Notes under the pieces: generated by a model
Databases searched by the model: none
The model's input: the letters and a program-made list of their open reading frames with translations, nothing else
What the model was told of the DNA's origin: nothing
Part shown: positions 1-7,506 of the stretch, one piece after another
Layout of the letters: each line of letters opens with the position of its first letter
Numbering within the stretch: position 1 is the first letter of the stretch
Source: Nostoc sp. DedSLP01
GTDB taxonomy: Bacteria > Cyanobacteriota > Cyanobacteriia > Cyanobacteriales > Nostocaceae
Direction of reading: 5' to 3'
Assembly (NCBI GenBank): GCA_034530875.2
Contig: JAVRCJ020000031.1
Location: forward strand, 1-64,000
DNA length: 64,000 nucleotides
Program-made: the position numbers and the translations under genes

Positions 1-90
1 AAAAAACCCCCCCCCCCCCCCCCCCCCGGGTTTTTCACAACACCAAACCCCCCCCCCCCGCTTGGGGGGGGGTGGGGTGGGGGGTGGGTA
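1..90. other. Low-complexity poly-C/poly-G stretch, probably a contig-end or sequencing artefact
   Basis: Homopolymer runs of C and G unlike anything else in this AT-rich window. Confidence 0.6.
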
Positions 91-227
91 AACACGATTG
101 TGGGGCAAGAGTTTGAGCTTAAGTTGAAACGTATCTGTGCGCCCCTACGATAATTTGATTTTTAAGAGTGGATTCCAGTTAATTGAAAACTACTTTATGT
201 TCAATACCCAGGAAGTTTGTACTCTTT

Positions 228-1034
228 TTAATTATTTTTTGGTATTGCCAAACTGTGAGAATCAGAGTGAGTTTGACTCTTTAACCATGTTTGCAGCAGA
301 AATTCTAGTACTTGGTCTTTCACTTCTCTAAATTCATGAGAAAACCATTTTTCAACTTTCAGAATGTGATAACCTAATTTTGTTTGAACCGGGCCAATGA
401 CATCACCATCTTTTGCTTCTGCAATAGCTTGTCCTAGTTCTGGCATTAATTCGGAAACAAAACGAATACCTACAAAGCCACCACTTTCTTTAGATTGCTT
501 ACCTTTAGAATATTGTAGTGCTAAGCTACAAAATGCAGATTTATCTTCTTGTAGCGCTTGAACTATTCTTAAGGCTTCTGTGAGATCGGGTACGAGAATT
601 TGAGATAAAGCAACCCGTTTAAAAATATAAGGATCTACTAGATATTGAGTATCTATAGTCGAGCCAAATAGACGTTCTTTTAACTTTTGTGTCAGCAGTG
701 TAACTTTAATACTTTCAGACCACTGTTCTACTGTTAAACGCTGCTGTGCTAGCCATGCCAAGGTTTCTGAAGCTGTTAATAATTTGTGTTCTTGGCGGAA
801 GGTATCACCTGCGGCTTGCAGTTCATCCTCAGAAACAGTAATGTCTAACTGTTCGCAGAGGCGCAAAATCAAAACTTCTTGTTCGGTATCAGCGGCAATT
901 TGTGCAAGTTTATATGAATGGCGGAGATGGTCTAATATTTGTTCGTTTGTTGCGAGTGAAATTTCTGGCAGTTTTAGGGTTGCTAAAAGATTGTCACCGC
1001 TAGAGATTCTTGGTGTAGCTACATTTCCTGTCAT
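228..1034 (-). CDS. Parvulin/PpiC-type peptidyl-prolyl isomerase (foldase), last visible gene of the RiPP cluster
   Basis: 268 aa with rotamase motifs LSQILV, FCSLALQYS, GGFVG and GPVQTKLGYHILKV; starts 5 nt after the AKR stop. Confidence 0.85.
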   Translation of the reverse strand: MTGNVATPRISSGDNLLATLKLPEISLATNEQILDHLRHSYKLAQIAADTEQEVLILRLCEQLDITVSEDELQAAGDTFRQEHKLLTASETLAWLAQQRLTVEQWSESIKVTLLTQKLKERLFGSTIDTQYLVDPYIFKRVALSQILVPDLTEALRIVQALQEDKSAFCSLALQYSKGKQSKESGGFVGIRFVSELMPELGQAIAEAKDGDVIGPVQTKLGYHILKVEKWFSHEFREVKDQVLEFLLQTWLKSQTHSDSHSLAIPKNN

Positions 1035-1039
1035 AATTA

Positions 1040-2053
1040 TTAAGCTCGGTAAATTAGTTTATCTGTAGGAATATTTTGGGTTTGAAAACGATTGCGATGT
1101 AGATCGCCATAAACGTTAAGATAATCTATTTCTTCTTGGGTGAGTTTACCTTTTTGAATGCCTGCGATCGCTGCGTCTATATGTTCCCGTTTTTCTGAAC
1201 CCATGAGGCACACATCTACACAGTTTTGGCTCAAAGAATAGCGGTATAAATCGGGGACTGAAGGTTGCCAACATCCTTCGGGCAAACCAGCAGGCGGATA
1301 CCAAAGGGGCCCGTGCATTCCGGCTGATTTAAAGGTGACAATACCAGTTCGCTGCGGATCGTCAGCTTCTAAATTGTTGAATACGGTTTGTTGAGCAGTA
1401 CGGTGAGCGACATTATGTCTTACCATTGCTACATCTATTAAAGAATTATTCAGCCATTTATTAGCTAAATTTAAATCGTGAAAAGAAGCACCAATGTAAC
1501 GAACGGCTCCCATTTTTTTCAGACGTTCTGAAACACCAAACATTCTTTCGACGATGCGCTCGTAAATGCTACCGGCACCTCTTAAATCTTGAGAACGGTC
1601 TAAGCATTTTTCAAACATTGGCTCATCACTAGTACCAATCCAGCCCCAAAAGAAGACATCAATATAGTCCATTTTTAGGTCTACAAATTGGTCGATGATG
1701 GCTGCCATTGCCGCATCTGGATTTTTGATATAACTCACCGTTGCCAATACCACTTTTTCTCGTACTGAGGAGCCACGACCGCATAATTTCCGCAGTCCTT
1801 CAGACATGTGGCTGTAAAGATAGTGGTGTAAATCGCTGGAGTAAAAAAAGAAGTTAATTCCGCGATCGAAGGCGTAAAGTGTATCTTCACTAGAGATTTT
1901 ACCGCCACCTCCTAATCCCAGAGCGCTAACAGTTAAATCGGTTCGTCCTAGCTTGCGGTAAAAAGGTAAATCGGACTCAGGAAATTGATTGTTTAAATCA
2001 CTAACTTCGTTGGAAGTTGCTACTTTTGGGGCTGCAAGGTCGAGTATTTGCAT
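1040..2053 (-). CDS. Aldo/keto reductase-fold protein with atypical active site
   Basis: RKLGRTDLTVSALGLG, GINFF, DYIDVF and GAVRYIGAS are AKR signatures; ATG overlaps the upstream TAA (TAATG). Confidence 0.85.
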   Translation of the reverse strand: MQILDLAAPKVATSNEVSDLNNQFPESDLPFYRKLGRTDLTVSALGLGGGGKISSEDTLYAFDRGINFFFYSSDLHHYLYSHMSEGLRKLCGRGSSVREKVVLATVSYIKNPDAAMAAIIDQFVDLKMDYIDVFFWGWIGTSDEPMFEKCLDRSQDLRGAGSIYERIVERMFGVSERLKKMGAVRYIGASFHDLNLANKWLNNSLIDVAMVRHNVAHRTAQQTVFNNLEADDPQRTGIVTFKSAGMHGPLWYPPAGLPEGCWQPSVPDLYRYSLSQNCVDVCLMGSEKREHIDAAIAGIQKGKLTQEEIDYLNVYGDLHRNRFQTQNIPTDKLIYRA

Positions 2054-3174
2054 TAGTTCAACGGTGTGTAGATGTCTTCAGAGTTGGCATTAAGATAAGA
2101 ACGGTGTAATTCGATTCCCAACAGAGAGAAGTTTTCCAGAATCGCTTGCATCCGTTCGTTGGGAGAGTTCTTTCCTTGCTGGCTAGCTTGTAACAAGCCA
2201 TTAGCAATAATTTGACAGCGATTGATACCAAAACTTTCTTGGGCTGCAAATCTTTGGTTTGGTTCTTCTGCCAAACTTAGCCCTGGCATTAGTAATTTTG
2301 TGAATAATGGAACTTCTGGGTTAAAGTGCGATCGCTTTTCTGTATAAACACTTTGTAGAATTGGCCGAACAGTTTCGTAGTAGCTTTTCTCAAAGTAAAG
2401 TACTGCTGAGTCATAGCGGCCGTAGTCGCCGGGATTGTATAGTGCTTTAAATGTAAAAGGAATATTAACTTCGTTGAGTTGCTGCGTCAAGCTACCCATT
2501 ACCGCAACTGCACCTTCAGGACTTAAATTAAAGTAAATGCGTACAGTTTGTGGCTGATGATTTGGATTGCCGATAGTTTGCGGCCCGGCATTACCAACTG
2601 CCAAATAGAACCCATTTTGCACTCGATTTCGAGGTAGTCGAATCGCAACTAAGTCGCCTACTGTTGCCGATTGTTCGGCTGGTTGTAAGTGGTAATCGCG
2701 TTTAATATACAGGGTCAAACCACCTTTTGTCACCATCAAGGTATCGTCATTTACTTCCTTAACTACAGACCAATTACCGTCAAAGTAACCTTCTCCAGTA
2801 TTGCTGTTGTGTAAGCGATCGTAAAACGCTACATCTACCCCTAAAAAAGAGTTATTTTCTAAATCTTGGTGTAATTGCAGATTAGATGAATCAGCATCAA
2901 GCGCTAGAGTCGTTTGTAAAGAGCCATTATAATAAATTCCGTAGAGAAAACTACGCAATTGCAAGTTTGAATATCTATTTTGAACATCCTGAGACATCTT
3001 TTTGAAACGAACTACCACCTCTTCTGGCAGATCCAAAGGCTTATAATTTGGATGGCGAATGCAAAAATTAGACTCTATTTGAACGTTATTAACGATATCT
3101 TCTAAAGCATCCCACAGCCGTCTATCTGCTTGTGCTGATTGGTTTTGGGTAAATTCTAATAGTTGAGCAACCAT
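2053..3174 (-). CDS. HopA1-family phosphoSer/phosphoThr lyase (LanY-like dehydratase subunit)
   Basis: Motifs VRIYFN, FTFKAL, GRYDSAVLY, PLFTKLL..GLSLAEEP and ESFG..RC; clustered with an APH kinase and precursor peptides. Confidence 0.8.
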   Translation of the reverse strand: MVAQLLEFTQNQSAQADRRLWDALEDIVNNVQIESNFCIRHPNYKPLDLPEEVVVRFKKMSQDVQNRYSNLQLRSFLYGIYYNGSLQTTLALDADSSNLQLHQDLENNSFLGVDVAFYDRLHNSNTGEGYFDGNWSVVKEVNDDTLMVTKGGLTLYIKRDYHLQPAEQSATVGDLVAIRLPRNRVQNGFYLAVGNAGPQTIGNPNHQPQTVRIYFNLSPEGAVAVMGSLTQQLNEVNIPFTFKALYNPGDYGRYDSAVLYFEKSYYETVRPILQSVYTEKRSHFNPEVPLFTKLLMPGLSLAEEPNQRFAAQESFGINRCQIIANGLLQASQQGKNSPNERMQAILENFSLLGIELHRSYLNANSEDIYTPLN

Positions 3175-3230
3175 TGAATAAGTTAGTTAATAAATATGGT
3201 GAAAATGCTGGAAACTTCCTATTTTTTTGA

Positions 3231-3260
3231 AGTAACAGTGCTAAATAAAGCACTGTTACT
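3231..3260 (-). promoter_or_regulatory. Perfect 12-bp stem-loop without U-tract between precursor A4 and the lyase gene
   Basis: agtaacagtgct-aaataa-agcactgttact. Confidence 0.6.
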
Positions 3261-3295
3261 CTTGCTGAAAACCAACTACTATATAGCGTCAAATA

Positions 3296-3466
3296 CTATA
3301 AAGTAAAAGTTATTGTAATAGTTACAGTGATAGTTAGAGTGATTCCGAGCAAACCACCATTAACGTTGGTTAATTCTTCAGCATTTAGTTCATTGAGAAA
3401 GCTTTCAGAATCTTGAAATAGTTCGGAACCAGCGGGACTTAAGTCGTGCAATTTGATGTTAGCCAT
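3296..3466 (-). CDS. RiPP precursor peptide A4 (56 aa)
   Basis: Manual translation MANIKLHDLSPAGSELFQDSESFLNELNAEELTNVNGG-LLGITLTITVTITITFTL*; AGGAG RBS upstream; leader shared with three paralogs. Confidence 0.92.
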   Translation of the reverse strand: MANIKLHDLSPAGSELFQDSESFLNELNAEELTNVNGGLLGITLTITVTITITFTL

Positions 3467-3500
3467 GATGATTTATCTCCTAATTGAGTTAATTTAATTA

Positions 3501-3545
3501 AGTTATGAACTTTTTAGTTCATGTTTAAATATTGGCATATTGATT
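3501..3545 (-). promoter_or_regulatory. Duplicated upstream block, copy in front of A4, with ATGAAC-N6-GTTCAT palindrome
   Basis: agttatgaactttttagttcatgtttaaatattggcatattgatt, near-identical to 4629-4673. Confidence 0.6.
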
Positions 3546-3634
3546 TGAGTAAAACAACATAAATACAATGCTTTTTCGGGCAGAACTAAAACCTTTATGT
3601 CATGTTTTATTTTCGTTAGTTATCTTATATAGTC

Positions 3635-3673
3635 AAAAAAATCTGCCTTGAGACAATGTGTCATCGAAGCAGA
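3635..3673 (-). terminator. Probable intrinsic terminator
   Basis: Minus strand TCTGCTTCGATGACACATTGTCTCAAGGCAGA followed by T7. Confidence 0.45.
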
Positions 3674-3842
3674 ACTAAAACCTTACCAATTATAAGTTTG
3701 AGAAAAATTCAGGTTATACAACCATACAATTTCCAGCTAAACAGAAGTTTCATCTCTGTTGCCTGCTGAGTTCTGCATTACCTAGAGGGTTATCTGAAGT
3801 AGGTATCAGTTATAATTTTCAGCTTCTGTCTGCAATCTAAAC

Positions 3843-3879
3843 AAAAAAAAGACAGTTCCGCCAAGCAGAACTGTCTTTT
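3843..3879 (-). terminator. Intrinsic terminator after precursor A3
   Basis: Minus strand AAAAGACAGTTC-TGCTTGGCG-GAACTGTCTTTTTTTT: perfect stem plus U-tract. Confidence 0.8.
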
Positions 3880-3895
3880 AGACAAAATTAAAAAA

Positions 3896-4063
3896 TTACA
3901 CAGTTACAGTCCAAGTCATCGGCCAGCAATAAGTAAATGACTCTGTTTTAAAACCTCCTTGCACTCCCAGTTCTGCATCTGTGAGTTCATTGAGAAAGCT
4001 TTCAGAATCTTGAAATAGTTCGGAACCTGCGGGATTTAAGTCATGAATTTTGATAGTAGCCAT
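3896..4063 (-). CDS. RiPP precursor peptide A3 (55 aa)
   Basis: Manual translation MATIKIHDLNPAGSELFQDSESFLNELTDAELGVQGG-FKTESFTYCWPMTWTVTV*; AAGGA RBS. Confidence 0.92.
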   Translation of the reverse strand: MATIKIHDLNPAGSELFQDSESFLNELTDAELGVQGGFKTESFTYCWPMTWTVTV

Positions 4064-4093
4064 CAGTTCTCATCCTTAAATATTGTGTGAATC

Positions 4094-4130
4094 AAAAAAA
4101 AAGACAGTTCCACTAAGCAGAACCGTCTTT
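4094..4130 (-). terminator. Intrinsic terminator-like hairpin after precursor A2
   Basis: Minus strand AAAGACGGTTC-TGCTTAGTG-GAACTGTC plus T-run; paralog of 3843-3879 with one G-U pair. Confidence 0.7.
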
Positions 4131-4146
4131 AAGCAAAACTAAAAAA

Positions 4147-4326
4147 TTACCAAGTCCAAGACCAAGAGTAAGTAACTGTCAAAGTAATAGAAACAGTAAC
4201 CGATTCTGCTCTCAAACCACCATGTACTCCGAGTTCTGCATCTGTTAATTCATTAAGAAAGCTCTCAGAATCTTGAAACAGTTCAGAACCAGCGGGACTC
4301 AAGTCATGAATTTTGATAGTAGCCAT
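4147..4326 (-). CDS. RiPP precursor peptide A2 (59 aa)
   Basis: Manual translation MATIKIHDLSPAGSELFQDSESFLNELTDAELGVHGG-LRAESVTVSITLTVTYSWSWTW*; GAGGA RBS. Confidence 0.93.
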   Translation of the reverse strand: MATIKIHDLSPAGSELFQDSESFLNELTDAELGVHGGLRAESVTVSITLTVTYSWSWTW

Positions 4327-4366
4327 AAGTTATTATCCTCAAAAAATTAATGTGTGAATTACAAAC

Positions 4367-4401
4367 AAAAAAGACAGTTTGACTAAATATGACTATCTTT
4401 T
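4367..4401 (-). terminator. Weakened terminator-like hairpin after precursor A1
   Basis: Minus strand AAAAGATAGTCATATTTAGTCAAACTGTCTTTTTT; degenerate paralog of the other two hairpins. Confidence 0.5.
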
Positions 4402-4417
4402 AAGTAAAACTAAAAAA

Positions 4418-4597
4418 TTACCAAGTCCAAGACCAAGAGTAAGTAACTGTCAAAGTAATAGTAACCGTAACTGATTCTGCTGCTCGACCGCCGTGTACTC
4501 CCAGTTCTGCATCTGTTAGCTCGTTGAGAAAGCTTTCAGAATCTTGAAACAGTTCGGAACCAGCGGGGCTTAAGTCGTGAATTTTGATAGTAGCCAT
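4418..4597 (-). CDS. RiPP precursor peptide A1 (59 aa)
   Basis: Manual translation MATIKIHDLSPAGSELFQDSESFLNELTDAELGVHGG-RAAESVTVTITLTVTYSWSWTW*; AGGAG RBS. Confidence 0.93.
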   Translation of the reverse strand: MATIKIHDLSPAGSELFQDSESFLNELTDAELGVHGGRAAESVTVTITLTVTYSWSWTW

Positions 4598-4628
4598 GAG
4601 ATTTCTCCTAATTGAATAAAGTTAAATG

Positions 4629-4673
4629 AGTTATGAACTTTTTGGTTCATGTCTAAATATTGGCATAGTGATT
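4629..4673 (-). promoter_or_regulatory. Duplicated upstream block, copy in front of A1, with ATGAAC-N6-GTTCAT palindrome
   Basis: agttatgaactttttggttcatgtctaaatattggcatagtgatt. Confidence 0.6.
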
Positions 4674-4825
4674 CAGAAATTAGCTAATATCAAACAGTAA
4701 CTTTTATCCCTTTAATACATCTTTTTTGTCATCTTTTATATTTTGTATTTTGCTAGGGAAATAAATCTGGTACTGCAAATTTTGCGATCGAAGTATGTAC
4801 CTTAATAGATTACTCAACAATAAAA

Positions 4826-4857
4826 GGTGCGTTAGCCTACGGCATAACACACCCTAC
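4826..4857 (-). repeat. GTAG-type REP-like palindrome
   Basis: Minus strand GTAGGGTGTGTTATGCCGTAGGCTAACGCACC. Confidence 0.5.
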
Positions 4858-4993
4858 GAATATATTGGATTTCGCTCGACACATTTGTTATTGAGATATA
4901 GTTATTTTCAACTTGCAAAAATGCAAGAAATGGTGAAACAACACTGTTGTTATTTCACCTAAACCTTACCAATTGCAATTATCAAAAATTTAT

Positions 4994-6175
4994 TTAATTA
5001 TGAGAGCTACTGAGTTGGGTTAATTCTGCTGCTGTCGTTCCAAAAACGGTAGGAATAGATTGCTCTGGACGACACAACAAACTTTTAGCAACCTGAAGCA
5101 TAGAAATACCCATATTGCCAAAAGATTTTTGATATTGAATTATGGACTGAATTGATTGAATCAATGCCAGACCAGAAAATTGCACGACTCGCTTAATAAA
5201 ATCAGGATAGCGAACCAAAATTTCTGGAAAAGATTCTAAATAAGCGCTAATCAAAGCATAAATAGAAGGTTGGAGGGATTCGAGGGGAGTCGTAGCTAGG
5301 CGTAAAGATTCCTCGATAGTCATTTCTTTACTAACAATTAAGCTGTTGAGCCAAATTTGTAGATAGCTGCCGATAATTGTCCCTAAATCGAAAGCAGGAT
5401 CTCCCCAAGCCGATCGCTCCCAATCAATCAATCGCACAATGCCGTTTCCTGATACTTCGGCTTGAGTAAAGAACTGTTCCCAATCTTGATGCAATAAAAC
5501 GTTGTTGAGTTTGAGGTCGTTGTGCGTCAGACATCGCGGCTTGAAAGCTGTACTCAGTTCTCTGAGTGCTTCTCCCAAGCTATCGTATCGCTGATAGAGG
5601 GCAAAAAACTTTAAGCCATCAGCGGGTACAGAACCAAAAATTTCCGGGCCAATCTGCTCCAATTTCCGAATTAAAAGCAACACCAAATCGGATTTGATAT
5701 TATCGGAATTTTGAGAGAAGAAATCGTGATATTTATCGCTATTGAAGGTTTCACGATGGATTGTCGCTATAAAATTACCAATACCTGCTGCGATCGCTGG
5801 CGGGAATATATTTCCTTTCATATAGAAATCGTTTAAATCCCGATAGTTATCTAGGTATTTAAAGACAATAATCGAATTTTCTTTATCGAAATGCAGCGCT
5901 TCTGGTAAAAATGGTTTTGTGTAATTCAGTTCGGGAAACTTTTGTACTAACTCTTGAATTCGCCATTCGTCTAAAAACTCACCTGCTGTTTTTCCTTCCT
6001 GATTGTGCCGTTCTTGTTTAACTAAAAGCTTGCGACCGTCTGACAGAGTGAGCAATAAATTAAAATTTTTAGCAGCTACAGCCTCAATCTTTGCCACAGA
6101 TTGCTCTGATTGAGCCAATAAGTCACGTTCGACTAAATAATCGAAAACATTGTTAGAGTTCAATATAAATGTCAT
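4994..6175 (-). CDS. APH/phosphotransferase-family kinase (LanK-like dehydratase subunit)
   Basis: LLVKQE, catalytic loop THNDLKLNNVL, LIDWE and GDPAFDLG; directly upstream of the precursor array. Confidence 0.85.
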   Translation of the reverse strand: MTFILNSNNVFDYLVERDLLAQSEQSVAKIEAVAAKNFNLLLTLSDGRKLLVKQERHNQEGKTAGEFLDEWRIQELVQKFPELNYTKPFLPEALHFDKENSIIVFKYLDNYRDLNDFYMKGNIFPPAIAAGIGNFIATIHRETFNSDKYHDFFSQNSDNIKSDLVLLLIRKLEQIGPEIFGSVPADGLKFFALYQRYDSLGEALRELSTAFKPRCLTHNDLKLNNVLLHQDWEQFFTQAEVSGNGIVRLIDWERSAWGDPAFDLGTIIGSYLQIWLNSLIVSKEMTIEESLRLATTPLESLQPSIYALISAYLESFPEILVRYPDFIKRVVQFSGLALIQSIQSIIQYQKSFGNMGISMLQVAKSLLCRPEQSIPTVFGTTAAELTQLSSSHN

Positions 6176-6281
6176 AGAGTATCAAATATGAGTAACAAGG
6201 TTAAGCAGTGCAGTTTTCAGTAAAAGAATTCTTTTGTCTTCTCAGATTGTAGACAAAAGGCAGATTACAGGCTCTATTGTG

Positions 6282-6313
6282 AAAAGTTTTACTCCGACAG
6301 AAGTAAAACTTTT
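6282..6313. promoter_or_regulatory. Perfect 12-bp inverted repeat between trmB and the RiPP kinase (terminator or operator)
   Basis: aaaagttttact-ccgacaga-agtaaaactttt. Confidence 0.45.
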
Positions 6314-6467
6314 ATGTCCCCAATCTCCTCTAACTCATTTATCCTGATATGGGGACTAAAAGCCTTCTAAGAGAACAATGCTCTGTAGTTACTCAACTGT
6401 AAGGCGATCGCAGCAATTGAAATTTTGAGCAGCAACTAAAACATTTATGCCCTAAAAACTTTTGCGT

Positions 6468-7124
6468 CTAGAGATTTTGCTGTTGTTCTTCTCGCCTGAC
6501 AAACAAAGCGCGATACACAGGTTCGCCCTTGTTTTGAGTATATATTTCTCGTTCTGTGGGGACTGGTAGGGGATTTTCAGTTAGCCATTCTTCTGTACCA
6601 ATTTTCTGATAAGCTGGATGGGCAGCAAAGCGATCGCGCATTTCCACAGCAATAAATTCCATATCGGATTGCACAAATACAACCCCCCCAACCGCAAGAT
6701 AATTAGCTAATTCTGCCACTAGTTCTGGTTGAACTACACGACGTTTAGCATGGCGGGTTTTAAACCAAGGATCGGGAAATTGAATTGTCACCCGCTGTAA
6801 ACTACCTAAAGGCAGAGAAGCTAAAAGCGATGTTAATGAATTATTCACATTACAAAATAAGTAATGCAAATTTGTTAAACCTAACTGAGAACGCAACTTA
6901 TTTGCCTCCACCACCAACGGTTCCCGAATTTCCAAGCCGAGGAAATTCCAGTTTGGTTCTATCTTGGCCATATTCAATAAAAACAGTCCCTTCGCACAGC
7001 CAATATCTAAATGTAGCGGTTGATTTGGGTTGGTATAAACTTTTTCCCAGTCAAGAGGATTTGCTGGTGTTTGATACTTTTGGGCAAGTGGGTTGACATG
7101 TTGGCGGACTCGGACTGCTGCCAA
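6468..7124 (-). CDS. trmB: tRNA (guanine-N7)-methyltransferase
   Basis: RVRQHVNPL, LDIGCAKG, GLEIR and FPDPWFKTRHAKRR. Confidence 0.95.
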   Translation of the reverse strand: MAAVRVRQHVNPLAQKYQTPANPLDWEKVYTNPNQPLHLDIGCAKGLFLLNMAKIEPNWNFLGLEIREPLVVEANKLRSQLGLTNLHYLFCNVNNSLTSLLASLPLGSLQRVTIQFPDPWFKTRHAKRRVVQPELVAELANYLAVGGVVFVQSDMEFIAVEMRDRFAAHPAYQKIGTEEWLTENPLPVPTEREIYTQNKGEPVYRALFVRREEQQQNL

Positions 7125-7506
7125 AATTTGTTCTCCTTGTTGGTAATTCGTAATTCTGAGTGTTGAAGAAGAATTCAGAATTCAGAATTCAAGACTCAGA
7201 AGAAATTAATAGTAAATCTGAATTATTCGCTGATTTAAGACTAATAAATCTATCATTTAATAGGTCTTAAATCAGTTTATTTATTCACCAGTCAGAATTC
7301 ATTCTTAATTCTGGCTCCTGACTTCTGAATTCTATTTTAAAATCCATCTCATCAAGCTAAAAGTGAATTGTTACTATAAAGTGTCATTGATGCTGAATGT
7401 TTAAAAATGTTAAGTATACCGATTTATCGGCACTGAAATCAAGTAAGAGTTATACTTTTTGGAAAAGACTTGTTTTAGCTCCTCCTTTTAACATTTTTAT
7501 AAATCG

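Noticed and set aside
1..90. G-quadruplex or telomere-like sequence
   Set aside because: More likely low-quality sequence at a contig end
2053..3174. Type III secretion effector (HopA1 annotation)
   Set aside because: No T3SS genes nearby; the context of kinase and precursors points to a RiPP lyase
3296..4597. Classical lanthipeptide or cyanobactin cluster
   Set aside because: Three cores lack Cys; no LanB/C/M, YcaO or PatA/G-type protease in the window
4994..6175. Aminoglycoside resistance phosphotransferase
   Set aside because: It shares only the fold; its position before Ser/Thr-rich precursors indicates a peptide kinase
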